From positions 128,001 through 192,000 of the forward strand of contig CAWELD010000003.1 in assembly GCA_963809895.1 (NCBI GenBank): a DNA stretch of 64,000 nucleotides, read 5' to 3'. This document shows, piece by piece, positions 30,747-41,387 of this stretch. Under the pieces are notes generated by a model that was not told the DNA's origin, did no database searches, and saw only the letters and a list, made by a program, of their open reading frames with translations. Position numbers and translations under genes: made by a program. How positions within the stretch are numbered: the stretch's first letter is position 1; every line of letters begins with the position of its first letter. This DNA is from an uncultured Gemmatimonadales bacterium (lineage in GTDB: Bacteria; Gemmatimonadota; Gemmatimonadetes; Longimicrobiales; Gaopeijiaceae).

Positions 30747-32599
30747 TCCGTGTCGAGCGAGCCCCGGACGACGCCCGGGCCTTTCTGGCGTCCACGGAGC
30801 TGTTCGCCGAGGTGGAGGATCAGGCTGTGCGTGACGTGGCGGATCGCCTCGAGTGGGTTCTGGTGCGGGGTGGGGAGGACGTGTGCCGGCAGGGCGAGGC
30901 GGGGTCGAGCCTCTTTCTCGTGGCCACCGGCAAGCTGCGCGTGATCATCGCCGGGGCCGATGGGCGGGAGCGTGTCGTCCGCGAGCTGGGGCGAGGCGAG
31001 AACGTGGGCGAGATGTCCCTGCTCACCGGGGCGCCCCGCTCCGCCACCGTCACCGCCATTCGGGACTCGGTGCTGGCACGCCTGACCCGGGAGGGCTTCA
31101 ACGCTCTGGTCGCCGCCCACCCCGAGGCCATGCTGCCGCTCACGCGCATGCTCGCGCGCTGGCTGGACCGCGCCAACCAGCGGGAGCAACGGCCCGACGT
31201 GCCCACCACCGTCACGGTACGTGCCGGCTCCAGCGACGTGCCTCTCCGTTGGGTCGCCGAGACCCTGGCCACCGCGCTGGGCGAGATCGGTCCCACCCTC
31301 CACCTGCACGCGGACCGGGTCGACGGGGCCCTGTTCGCCGGTGCGGCCGACGAGGACGAGACGGGCGAAGGCTACGGCCGCGTCACCCGCTGGCTTTCGG
31401 AGCAGGAGGCCAGTCATCGCTTCGTGCTGTACGAGTCCGATGTCGGCAGGCCCGCGTGGGCTCGTCGCTGCGTGCGCCAGGCGGACCGGCTGCTCACGGT
31501 GGTCCGGAGCGAAGGACAACCGCGCGAGATCGACCGTGGCACGGCGGATCGCGGTTCCACCGCGCAGTCCCACCTCGTGCTGCTGCATCGGGCCGGCACC
31601 GGGCTTCCGCAGGCGACCAGGCGGTGGCGTCCCGACCGCTACGACGCACATCACCACCTGCGGGAGGACAGGCCGGCCCACTTCGGCCGCCTCGCTCGTC
31701 ATCTCGCCGGACAGGCCGTGGGGCTGGTGCTGGGCGGCGGTGGAGCCCGGGGCTTCGCCCATCTGGGCGTGGTGCGCGCCCTGATGGAATCCGGGGTGCC
31801 CATCGACCGCATCGGAGGCACGTCCATGGGGGCCATGATGGGTGCGCTGATCGCCATGGAGCGCAGCTACGCCGACCTGGTGTCCCTCAACGAAGGCATC
31901 TGGCCGAGGCTGGCGCCGAACCGCGACTTCACCATCCCCCTGATCTCCATCATGTCGGGCCGGCGCGGCATCCGGATCTGTGACGAGCTCTACGGGGACG
32001 TGGATATCGAAGATCTGTGGATCCCGTTCTTCTGTTGCTCGGCGAACCTGACGCGCTCGGAGCTGGTGGTGCACCGCTACGGCCGCCTCGCGTTCGGCGC
32101 CCGCGCCACGGCCTCGATCCCGGGCGCCGCGCCGCCGGTCGTCACCGACGACGGAGAGCTGCTGGTGGACGGCGGCGTGCTCAGCAACCTGCCGGCCGAC
32201 CTCATGCTCGAGCAGGGCGGGGGCCCGGTCATCGCCGTGGACGTGTCCCAGCAGCAGGACCTGTCGCTGGAGGCGTGGGACGGCGAGCTGCCGTCGCCCT
32301 GGCGCGCCCTGGCGCGGCACCTGTGGCCGTTCTCCCGCAGTCGCCCCTACCCGAACATCCTCCACATCCTCATGCGCACCACCACCCTGAGCAGCCTGCG
32401 GGTCGAGCAGCAGGTGCGCGAGCAGGTGGATCTCTACCTCCAGCCCCCGGTAGTCGCGTTCGACCTGTTCGGCTGGAATCAGATCGAGGCCATCGCCGAG
32501 GTGGGATACCGTTACGCGCTGGAACGGCTCCAGGGCTCGAGCCTCCTCACTGCGGCCGCGCCTTCGCCCATCGAGGGGCCCGTCGCCGCCGGATCCTGA
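30743..32599 (+). CDS. cNMP-binding patatin-like phospholipase (NTE/RssA type)
   Basis: ATGA overlap; cNMP domain GEMSLLTGAPRSATV; patatin GGGGARG, GTSMG, DGG. Confidence 0.95.
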   Translation: MIRVERAPDDARAFLASTELFAEVEDQAVRDVADRLEWVLVRGGEDVCRQGEAGSSLFLVATGKLRVIIAGADGRERVVRELGRGENVGEMSLLTGAPRSATVTAIRDSVLARLTREGFNALVAAHPEAMLPLTRMLARWLDRANQREQRPDVPTTVTVRAGSSDVPLRWVAETLATALGEIGPTLHLHADRVDGALFAGAADEDETGEGYGRVTRWLSEQEASHRFVLYESDVGRPAWARRCVRQADRLLTVVRSEGQPREIDRGTADRGSTAQSHLVLLHRAGTGLPQATRRWRPDRYDAHHHLREDRPAHFGRLARHLAGQAVGLVLGGGGARGFAHLGVVRALMESGVPIDRIGGTSMGAMMGALIAMERSYADLVSLNEGIWPRLAPNRDFTIPLISIMSGRRGIRICDELYGDVDIEDLWIPFFCCSANLTRSELVVHRYGRLAFGARATASIPGAAPPVVTDDGELLVDGGVLSNLPADLMLEQGGGPVIAVDVSQQQDLSLEAWDGELPSPWRALARHLWPFSRSRPYPNILHILMRTTTLSSLRVEQQVREQVDLYLQPPVVAFDLFGWNQIEAIAEVGYRYALERLQGSSLLTAAAPSPIEGPVAAGS

Positions 32600-32603
32600 C
32601 GCT

Positions 32604-35229
32604 TCACTCCCCCTCGGCCAGGATGGCTTCTCTCGGATCCAGGGCTGCCACCCGGCGCGCGGGCAGCCACGCCGAGGCCAGCGCCAGCAGCAAGGCTCCG
32701 GCGGTCACGGCGGCGAGTGTGGCCGGGTCTCGCGCATCCACCTGGTAGAGGAGCTCGTCGAGGTAGCCCGTGAGGAGGACGGCCAGGACCAGTCCCACGG
32801 CGGTCGCCCAGCGATGCGAGGCGCAGGCCGCGCCCCACCACCGAGCGCACGAGTCGGGGGCCGTCGGCACCCAGAGCCAGGCGGATCCCCATCTCGCGGC
32901 GGCGCACGGCCACGCCCCGCGCCAACAGGCCGTACAGCCCCAGAGCCGCCAGGAGCATGGAGGCGCCGCCGAAGAGCGCGGACAGGCGCGCCACCGCCGC
33001 GCGGGCAGCCACATGGGAGGATACCGCCGTTCGGGTGGTGCGCAGCTCGAAGGGCGGCACGCCTGGATCGACCTCCGCCAGCGCGGCGCGCACGGCGGGG
33101 GCCAGGCGTGCGGCGTCGCCGCCGGTGCGGAGCGCGAATCCCAGGAACGGCGATGCCTGGAGGGGCGCCCACAGCGTCGGCGTGTCCTGTTCCGGTCCGC
33201 GCAGCTTCATCTCCTCGGTCACGCCCACCACGGGGATGGGCGACCCCCATCCCTGGTATCCCCGCACGGCGATCATGCGCCCCACCGCGGCCTCGGTTCC
33301 GAACAACGTGCGTGCGGCGGAGGCCGAGATGACGGCGCCCTGGTCGCCCGTCTCTTCGCCTGGACCGCGACCCTGGATTACGCGTGTGCCCATGGCGCGA
33401 AGCCATCCCTCGGTGGCTTCGATGCGGATGAGAGCCAGGCCCTCGCCCTCTGCGTCGTCGGCCGCCCGGACCCGGCGTCCGGCGGACATGCCGGCAGCCA
33501 GTGGTAGCCGCGTGGACGCGCCCACGGCGGTGACTCCGGGTACCGCACCCAGCCTCGCCAGGACCCGGTTCAGGTAGGCCTCGGTGGTCGACGGATCGGG
33601 GTACTTCGCGTCCGGAAGCTGGACCTGGAAGGTGAGCACGCCGCCGGTGTCGAAGCCCAGGGGGACGTCGCGGAGCTTCCCGAGGCTCCGGGACAGGAGC
33701 AGCGCGCCGGCGGACAGCGTCAGCGCCAACGCCATCTGGCCCAGCACGAGCACGTCCTGGCCGCGCACGGCCCCGGGGCCGCGTCCCTGGCCCCGGGTGC
33801 TCGCCACGGAGGATGCCCGGCGGGCGGCCAGCGCCGGAAGCGCGCCCACCAGGATCCCGGCGGCGAGGGTCACCAGGAAGGCTCCGGCCAGCGCGGGCCC
33901 GCCCACGGTGGCCGCGGCCAGCCCGGGCGTCTCGGCCGGCAGCAGGGTTCGCAGCCAGTGGACGCCCCCGGCGGCGAGCAGCACGCCGAGGCCGCCCCCG
34001 CCGGCGGCCAGCAGCAGCGACTCCACCAGGAGCTGACGCAGGAGCTGCCCGCCGCTGGCGCCCAACGCCGCCCGCGTGCCGAGCTCCCGCTTCCGGTCCA
34101 CGACCCGGGCCAGGCCCATCCCGGCCAGGTTGAGGCACCCCAGCAGGAGGATCATGGCGCTGGCGCCCAGGAGCACCAGGAGGGGTGTGCGCACCCCACT
34201 GGAGAGCTCGCGCCGTAGCGGCGTCACCACCGTGGCGGGTGGCGGCCCGTACTCGGCGCCCACATCGGCGTACTGGGCCGCGGTGCGTTCGTCCAGATAG
34301 GTCCGCACGGGTGCGGCCGTCGCGCCCTGGCGGAGGCGCGCGACGACCGACGGACCGAAGGCGTTGCCGTAGAGCTCGGGCAGTTCCGGAAGGGGCAGCC
34401 AGGCTTCCGTGGCGTCGGGGAAGCCCACCTCCGGAGGCGCCACGCCGGCCACGCGGAAGTCCCGGCCGTTCAGACGGAGGCTCCGGCCGACGATGTCGGG
34501 ATCCCCGCCGGCGATCCGGAGCCACAGACCGTGGGACAGCACGATGGCGTCGGCCTGGTCGCTCTCGTCGGGCAGCCCGGCGCCCAGCGCCATGGACACG
34601 CCCAGGACCCGGAAGAAGTCCCCTGACACCTGCGCCACGCGGATGCGCGTCGCATCGACTCCGTCGGGCGTGAGATTCGCACCGCCGTCGGGCAGGTAGA
34701 GCGCGGCGGCCTCCACCTGTGGTACCTCGGCGAGCTCCGGATCCAGGGTGACACCGCGAGAGCTGAAGTAGGCCGGAGCCGGTGACAGGGCCAGCACGCG
34801 CTCCGGATGGGAGTAGGGCAGACTCCTCACCAGCACGGCCCAGGTCACCGAGCCGATGGCCACCACCGCGGCCAGTGTGAGAGCCATGGTGCCGACCACC
34901 ACTGCCCCGTGCAGCGGATGGCGGCGGACGTGTCGCAGGGCGAACCGTGCGTCGGCCACGAGCGATCCCATCGTCCACCCCTCCCGTTTCGAGTAGGTAC
35001 TGCCTTCTCGTCGCCCCGCACCGGGTCTCCAGGCCCGAGGCAGCGTCGCCAACGCGTCCAGCAGGACGCGCCGGCGGATGCGCGCGCGCTCCCTGTCGTC
35101 GTCGACGGACGCCAGCTCCTCACGTAGCGTCTCGGCGATACGCGCGGCGTGGCGGCGTCGGAAATCCCCCGGATAGAGCCGCAGGACCAGACGGAGCAGA
35201 CGGCCGCCATCCTCGACCCGACGGCTCAC
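32604..35229 (-). pseudogene. Duplicated MacB/FtsX (ADOP-type) permease with +1 frameshift near 32805 (possibly a sequencing error)
   Basis: Two MacB-PCD/FtsX halves; expected C-terminus (LPARRVAALDP) lies in another frame after LASLG. Confidence 0.85.
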
Positions 35230-35564
35230 GCACCCTCCGGCTTCATGCCCAGCCTCCGGGCCTCGTCCACCAGGGCCGACATCTGTGCCATCTCCTCCTG
35301 CAGCCGCGCCCGCCCCGGCCCGGTGAGACGGAAGTAGCGCCGCTGCTCCTCGTGCGGCTCCCCTTCGTCGGGTTCGTCGGTCTCCTCCACCAGGCCGTGG
35401 TCCTCGAGACGCCCCAACGCGTAGTACAGGGAGCTCGGCCCCAGGCGGAGCGCTCCCTCGGTGCGGGTCTCGATGGCCTGGAGCAACCCGTAGCCGTGAC
35501 TGGGAGCCGAGGCCAGCGTGAGGAGAATGTGGAGCTGGGACCGGGTGAGTCGAGGTTCGGCCAT
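35226..35564 (-). CDS. PadR-family transcriptional regulator
   Basis: SHGYGL, GPSSLYYALGRL, RRYFRLT; GTGA overlap with the permease. Confidence 0.93.
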   Translation of the reverse strand: MAEPRLTRSQLHILLTLASAPSHGYGLLQAIETRTEGALRLGPSSLYYALGRLEDHGLVEETDEPDEGEPHEEQRRYFRLTGPGRARLQEEMAQMSALVDEARRLGMKPEGA

Positions 35565-35614
35565 GGTCCCGTCCGTGGGCTGCGCATGGTTCGGCGCGTG
35601 GAGCGTCCAGGATT

Positions 35615-35639
35615 TGATATAACAAATATTGGAATATCA
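35615..35639. promoter_or_regulatory. AT-rich imperfect palindrome, candidate PadR operator
   Basis: TGATAT-aa-CAA-ata-TTG-ga-ATATCA directly upstream of padR in a high-GC background. Confidence 0.6.
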
Positions 35640-35671
35640 TCGCAAGGGGCCAGGGCGACCCATCCGTCGCC

Positions 35672-38419
35672 TCACACCTCGCCGGCCACCGCCTCGGCCG
35701 GATCGATGGCCACGGCGCGGCGGGCGGGCAGGAGCGCCGCCACCAGGGCGGTGGTGCTGAGCACCGCGATGGCCGCCGCGAACGACGTCGGATCCAGGGG
35801 GGTCACGCCGAAGAGGTACTCGCCCACGTAGCGGGTGAGGACCATGGCCAGCCCCGCACCCACGGCGACCCCTCCGACTACCGCCAGGGCCGCGCGCGCC
35901 ACCACGGCAGCGGCGACCCGGGCCGGACCTGCGCCCAGCGCCATGCGGATTCCGATTTCCCGTGTGCGGCGGCGCACGCCGAAGGTCACCATGGCGAAGA
36001 CGCCCACGGCGCACACCACCAGCGTGACGAGGCCGAGGAGGCCCAGGAGCAGCGCCCCGAACCGCTGTGGCATGAGCACGCGGTCCATCTGGTCCGCCAC
36101 CAGCCTGGCGTCCTGGAGCGGCAGTCCGGGATCGAACTCCCGGAGCCGGTCCCGCAGCACGTTCAGCGCATCGCGGGCGTCGCCGGTGGCGCGGGCGACC
36201 AGGCTGACACGACTGGCGGCCAGCTGCGGGCTCTGGGTCAAGGACAGGTAGATGTAGGGAACGGCCTCGTCGGTCACACCGTGGACCTTGTGGTCCCGGA
36301 CGATCCCCACGACCTCGACGGGATCGAGGCCTCGCATCAGCACCAGGCGTCGTCCCAGCGCCCTACGGTCCGGCCAGAGGCGGTGGGCGGCGGCCTCGTT
36401 GATCACCGCGACCTCGGGTGCGTCGCGTGTGTCGGCGGGCCCGAACGTACGTCCTTCCAGGAACGGCACGCCCAGGGTTTCGAAGTACCGGGAGCTGACC
36501 ACGTTGATGGCGGTGGCCTGGCCGGCTTCGTCGTCCGGGGCGTCCTCGGCCAGCGGTCGCAGGCGGATGGCGGCGGGCGACAGGGGCACCTGCACGGCGA
36601 AGGCCGCCGAGGCCACGGCCGGCGAAGCCTCTACGCTCGCCAGGACGCGGCTCACCGCGTCGGGGACCTCGTCGTCCTGGTAGCCCTGACCACGGAACCC
36701 CATGGCCACGGCGGCCAGCCCCTCGGGCTCGAAGCCCAGGTCCGTATTGAGCGCCGACTCGAGGGTGCGCACGAAGAGGAGCGCTCCCACCACCAGGACC
36801 AGCGAGAGCCCGATCTGCCCGCCCACGAGGATGGACAACCCGCGGGCTCCGCCCGACGAGGTGCGTCCGCCACGGCGCAAGCGTTCTCCGACGTCCCGGC
36901 GGCTCTGGACCAGCGCCGGGATCAGCCCGAAGGCCACCGCGGACAGCGTGCTGAGCCCCAGGGCGACGCCCACCAGACGTCCGTCGAGGGAGAGGTCGAC
37001 GCGACTGAGGGGGATGCCCCCGGGGAGCGCGAAGCGCTGGAGGATGCGGGTCGCCAGTACCGCGAGACCGAGCCCCGCGGCGCCGCCGGCCGCCGCCAGC
37101 ACCAGGCTTTCGGAGAGGAGGTGACGGACCAGTCGGCCCCGGCGGGCGCCCAGAGCCTGGCGCACCCCCAGCTCCCGACTGCGGGTCCAGGCCCGGGCCG
37201 AGATCAGGTTGGCCGCGTTGAGACACGCCACCGCCAGCGTCATGAGGACCACGACGCCCAGGAGCCCGACGAAGCGGAGCAAGCCGTCGCGGCCGTCCAG
37301 GGCTGCCGCGGCGGCCAGGGGGCGCAGGTGCACGATCTCCGCCAGGTCGGGCAGCCCGCTGTCGTCACCCAGCTCCGCCACCAGCCCGTGCGCGGTCCGG
37401 TCGAGCACCCTCTCGGCAGAGGCCGGCTCGAGGTCGTCCGGCAGACGCGCCACCATGGAGATCCACGGAAAGGCCCGGGTCTCGAAGAGCCGCGGCACCG
37501 CGTAGAGCCCCTCGGCTGCCGCCTCCTGGATGCGAACCAGCGGCAGCCACAGCTCCGGGGACTCCTCCAGCGTCACCCCCCGGAAGCCCCGCGGTGCCAC
37601 CCCCACGACCTCGAAGGGCGTCCCGCTCACCGAGATCGTGCGCCCCACGACGCCCGGGTCTCCGCCGAAGACCCGCTGCCAGAGCGCGAAGCCCAGCACC
37701 GCGACCCGCGGCGCGTCCGGCGAGTCGTCGGCGGGCTGGAGCGTGCGACCCACGGCGGCGGACAGTCGCAGGACCTGGAAATAGTCGCCCGTGACCAGGC
37801 CCGCCGAGACGCGGTCGCTCACGTCGCCGGTCCGCAATCCCACGTCCAGCGCCACGAAGCCCGCCGGGCCTTCGAGGCCCGAGCCCGCAGTGCGATAGTC
37901 CTCGAGCGTCGGGTAGGCCGTGCCCTGGTCGGGTGACGCTTCGCTGGCGGCCTGAAAGACCCGCACGACCCGGGCCGCATCGGGCACGGGGATGGGATGG
38001 AGCAGCACGCCGTCCACCAGCGACACCACCGCCAGCGTGGCCCCGAGACCCACCGTCAGCGTGAGGATCACCGCTCCGGAGATGGCCGGACTCCGCCGGA
38101 TGGAGCGGGCGGCGTAGATCAGGTCCCTCACAACTCCCTCCATCATCGTCCCTCCCTCCCGTCTGATTCCCGTCGATGCCGATGCCACCCCGCGGTGCAT
38201 CGGGGTCCGGTCCCACCAGGCCGACGCCACGGCGGCGGCCGCCGCTCCGAGCTCCCGGGTCCAGAAGACCAGGGCCCGGCCTCTGGAAACGCGGCCCAGG
38301 GCGGCTCGCCTCCGTCGCGCGAGCTCGACGATCTCGGACCGGAATTCCCGTCGCGCCTCGCGAGGCAGCAGCGCCAGGAGCCAGCGCAGCCAGCGGAGCG
38401 GTCTCCCTTCAGCCGCCAT
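35672..38419 (-). CDS. Duplicated MacB/FtsX (ADOP-type) permease
   Basis: RDLIYAARSIRRSP, RELGVRQALGA, REIGIRMALGA, LPARRA..IDP. Confidence 0.93.
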   Translation of the reverse strand: MAAEGRPLRWLRWLLALLPREARREFRSEIVELARRRRAALGRVSRGRALVFWTRELGAAAAAVASAWWDRTPMHRGVASASTGIRREGGTMMEGVVRDLIYAARSIRRSPAISGAVILTLTVGLGATLAVVSLVDGVLLHPIPVPDAARVVRVFQAASEASPDQGTAYPTLEDYRTAGSGLEGPAGFVALDVGLRTGDVSDRVSAGLVTGDYFQVLRLSAAVGRTLQPADDSPDAPRVAVLGFALWQRVFGGDPGVVGRTISVSGTPFEVVGVAPRGFRGVTLEESPELWLPLVRIQEAAAEGLYAVPRLFETRAFPWISMVARLPDDLEPASAERVLDRTAHGLVAELGDDSGLPDLAEIVHLRPLAAAAALDGRDGLLRFVGLLGVVVLMTLAVACLNAANLISARAWTRSRELGVRQALGARRGRLVRHLLSESLVLAAAGGAAGLGLAVLATRILQRFALPGGIPLSRVDLSLDGRLVGVALGLSTLSAVAFGLIPALVQSRRDVGERLRRGGRTSSGGARGLSILVGGQIGLSLVLVVGALLFVRTLESALNTDLGFEPEGLAAVAMGFRGQGYQDDEVPDAVSRVLASVEASPAVASAAFAVQVPLSPAAIRLRPLAEDAPDDEAGQATAINVVSSRYFETLGVPFLEGRTFGPADTRDAPEVAVINEAAAHRLWPDRRALGRRLVLMRGLDPVEVVGIVRDHKVHGVTDEAVPYIYLSLTQSPQLAASRVSLVARATGDARDALNVLRDRLREFDPGLPLQDARLVADQMDRVLMPQRFGALLLGLLGLVTLVVCAVGVFAMVTFGVRRRTREIGIRMALGAGPARVAAAVVARAALAVVGGVAVGAGLAMVLTRYVGEYLFGVTPLDPTSFAAAIAVLSTTALVAALLPARRAVAIDPAEAVAGEV

Positions 38420-38768
38420 GAGCCGGCGCCTCACCCCCCAGCACGTCGCGGCGCCGCGCCTCGGCCACGAGTCCGGCCAGTCGTTCGCTCTCCAGGTGGA
38501 GCACCTCACGTCCCAGGGCGGTGAGGGCGTAGCTGCGCCCGCGGCGTCCCTCGCCGGCGTCGGCGGCCGGCTCCAGAAGGCCGTCTCGCTTCAGGCGTCG
38601 GATCGCGGTGTAGAGCGTTCCCGATTCCGGCTCCAGGCGGCCCTCCGTGCGGGCGGCGATGGTCTGGAGGATCGCGTAGCCGTGCAGCGGGTCACCGGTC
38701 AGCGCCAACAGGATCTGATAGGAGAGATCGGTGAGGGGCAGGAGGTGCCAGGGCGGGGTCGGCGGCAT
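38409..38768 (-). CDS. PadR-family transcriptional regulator
   Basis: LHGYAI, SGTLYTAIRRL, YALTALGR. Confidence 0.93.
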   Translation of the reverse strand: MPPTPPWHLLPLTDLSYQILLALTGDPLHGYAILQTIAARTEGRLEPESGTLYTAIRRLKRDGLLEPAADAGEGRRGRSYALTALGREVLHLESERLAGLVAEARRRDVLGGEAPAHGG

Positions 38769-38804
38769 GGGATGGCCTCGCACGGGTCTGGAGTCGTGGC
38801 GGGG

Positions 38805-38847
38805 TATACTAGGTGGATAATCCACATATGGAATAGCCACATATTAA
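38805..38847. promoter_or_regulatory. Candidate PadR operator/promoter
   Basis: Palindrome GTGGAT-A-ATCCAC (38813-38825) and direct repeat CCACATAT x2 in an AT-rich patch upstream of padR. Confidence 0.6.
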
Positions 38848-38876
38848 GGCAAACCGCCGGGCGCGGCAAGGGACCG

Positions 38877-39668
38877 TCAGCCGCCCATGGGCAAGCGGCG
38901 CTGATCCTCGGGGGGATTGATCTCGGCCTGCTCGACCACCAATGAGGCCGTGTGCGTCCCGGACGCGAAGCTCTCCTCCAGGTACGGCACCAGGATCCCG
39001 TCCACCTCGCGGAAGTCTCCGTAGTCGGTGGCGAAGACCATGCTCATGCCGCCCGTGGACATCTCCGACTCGGTTCGGAGCACGTGGTGGCTGGCGCCCT
39101 CGATGAAGAAGCGCAGACGGAGGCCGTCCTTCAGGTCACCGGCGAGTACCGTGAGGTCGGGATCGCTCCGCTCCACCTCCAGGCGGTCCTCCATGGCGTC
39201 CAGGATCCAGGGGACCCAGGAGCGGGCCGCCTGGAGCTGCATGGCGGCGAGCATGGGGCCCGAGGCGGGGCTGAGCGACTGGGGCGTGGACCCGTTGTAG
39301 CCGTCGTCGCCGTCCACGATCCGGATCTCCACCCGCTGCGGGTAGTGGAGCAGGACCTTGAGGCTGTCGCCGCCCTCCACGATGCGGATGAAGCTGCCGT
39401 GGGCCTCGGCGGGATGGGTGACGATGGTGCCGTCCAGGCGGAGGGCTTCCACCCCGGCCAGGGCGTCGCGGCCGCCGTACGCGTCCATGACCTGGGCCAC
39501 GATGGCCGCAGCAGCGGCCGTGGCGGCGGTTCCACGGGCGTCGGCCGTTCCAGCAGCGTCGGCGGTGTCGGCATCGGCATCGCCCACCGGTGCGCACGCC
39601 GAGGGAACCAGCACGAGGACGGCCACGAGGAGGAAGGGCAGGGGAGTGGTCGCGGTCCGCACGGTCAT
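38877..39668 (-). CDS. Hypothetical lipoprotein (LolA-like fold possible)
   Basis: Lipobox PSA-C, AYGGRDAL, DYGDFREVDGILVP; ATGA overlap with the upstream peptidase stop. Confidence 0.8.
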   Translation of the reverse strand: MTVRTATTPLPFLLVAVLVLVPSACAPVGDADADTADAAGTADARGTAATAAAAAIVAQVMDAYGGRDALAGVEALRLDGTIVTHPAEAHGSFIRIVEGGDSLKVLLHYPQRVEIRIVDGDDGYNGSTPQSLSPASGPMLAAMQLQAARSWVPWILDAMEDRLEVERSDPDLTVLAGDLKDGLRLRFFIEGASHHVLRTESEMSTGGMSMVFATDYGDFREVDGILVPYLEESFASGTHTASLVVEQAEINPPEDQRRLPMGG

Positions 39669-41189
39669 CCTCCCGCCACCGATGCGATGAAGTCGTGGAT
39701 GTCGCCCGCGAGCTTCTCGAAGGAGGGCCGGTGCAGGTACATCATGTGGCCCGCCTCGTAATAGGTGGTCTCCACGCGGCTCATGTCGATCCCGTAGCGT
39801 CCGAAGATGTACTCGCCGTCGAAGAACGGGGTGGCGTAGTCGTAGTAGCCCGAGGCCAGCAGGACCCGGAGCGCCGGGTTGTAGCTCTGGGCCCACGCCA
39901 GATCCGCGCTCGTGTCCACGTACGACGGCTCGCCGTACCCGTTGGACGAGCGCCCGGTCCCACACCCACCCTCGCCCGACATCCGGGCCCGACACGTAGT
40001 AGGGCCGGTCCAGCGTCACGCCCAGCTCGTTGGCGAGATAGCCGTGGAAGTCCGTGCTGAAGGCCGCCGATACCGCGGCGCTGGCGGCGTCGAAGGCGGG
40101 GCGCTCGGCCACGTCGTCGACCTCGTTCGCCTCGTAGCGGCCGTCGAGGCGTCCGAGTGCAACGCCCTGGTCCCGGAGCAGCTCCTTCAGGAAGCGGCCC
40201 GCCTGCACCCGCAGGTCCGAGCGCAGCACGTAGTCCACGTCGAGCCCGGTGAAGGCCGCGTACTGGCGCGCTACGGCCTGCCTGGTGGCGTCGTCCAGCC
40301 GGCTTCCCTGGAAGAGCGCGGGCAGGTAGGTGTGCACGGCGAAGTCGCGCACCTCGTCGAGAAACGACTCCAGGGTCCGGCCGCTGTGGTCGACCTTGCC
40401 GTGGTACCAGGCCGTGGCGGCCATGGTGGGCAGGTAGGTGACGAAGGCGGTGAGATTGTCCGCCACCGGCGTGCTCCCCTGGTAGTTCAGCGCCTGGGAG
40501 ATGAGGATCACGCCGCTCACCTGGATCGGCTCGGCGCCATCGAGCAGCTCCGGCAGCAGCGCCGCCGCGCGCGTGGTACCGAAGCTCTCGCCGGCCAGGA
40601 AGACGGGCGAGGTCCAGCGGTCGTTCTTGCGGAGCCACTCGCGGATGAGCGACGCCACGCTGCGGGCGTCCTCCCGCAGCCCGTAGACGTCGTCGGGCGT
40701 GCCGTCTCCCACCAGGCGGCTGAAGCCCGTGCCCGCGGGGTCGATGAAGACCAGGTCCGTCAGGTCCAGCGGGCTCCGGGTGTTGTCCTCCATGGGGTAG
40801 GGGGGATTCCCGGCGGGCTCCGCGTCGCTGGGGACCACCACGCGCCGGGGGCCGAAGAGCCCCAGGTGCAGCCAGATGGAGGCCGAGCCCGGGCCACCGT
40901 TGAAGACGAAGGTCACCGGGCGCGTGGCCGGGTCCGACACGTCCGTCTTCAGGTAGGCCGTGGTGAACAGGTCGGCATAGGGCTCGCCCGAGTCCCGCCG
41001 CAGCCGGATGTCGCTCACCACGGCCCGGTAGCCCACGCGCTCCCCGTTGAACGTACCCATGTGCTCGGTCTCGAAGCGCACCGTGTCGGGCACGGGCAGG
41101 GTGTCGCGAGGGGCGCCGGCGCGTGCGGCCGTCGGCAGGCAGAGGAGGGCCACCATGGGCAGCAGGGTGAGGCGAGCGGTGGGTCGCAT
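39665..41189 (-). pseudogene. S10 serine carboxypeptidase with +1 frameshift near 39953 (possibly a sequencing error)
   Basis: FNGGPGS, DPAGTGFS, GESFG in frame 1; GYYDYATP and YEAGHMMY (catalytic Asp/His) in the shifted frame ending at 39665. Confidence 0.88.
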
Positions 41190-41387
41190 GGGCGTGGCGT
41201 GTCGGGGGCTCGTGATGGACGACTACACCTTACGGCGCACGGACCCTCGGGGCCACGGGAGGGGCGTGGGCGGGCCGGATTGCACGCGAGGATTGCCTAC
41301 AAGGTGACAAGCGACCGGCCCCACTATCCCCGGTCGCCACGCAGGTGGTGGTGACGGCCGCGACGAGTTGCCGGACAGCCACCGACC

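Noticed and set aside
32512..35640. 1042-aa ORF as given in the track
   Set aside because: N-terminus runs through padR out of frame and the C-terminus is frameshifted; real gene is 35229-32604
39505..39590. Short GCATCG/GCCGT-type repeats
   Set aside because: They simply encode an Ala/Asp/Thr low-complexity lipoprotein linker
38877..41189. Apparent 770-aa S10 peptidase-lipoprotein fusion
   Set aside because: Artefact of the frameshift near 39953; the peptidase's catalytic C-terminus is in another frame and the lipoprotein has its own SD and ATG
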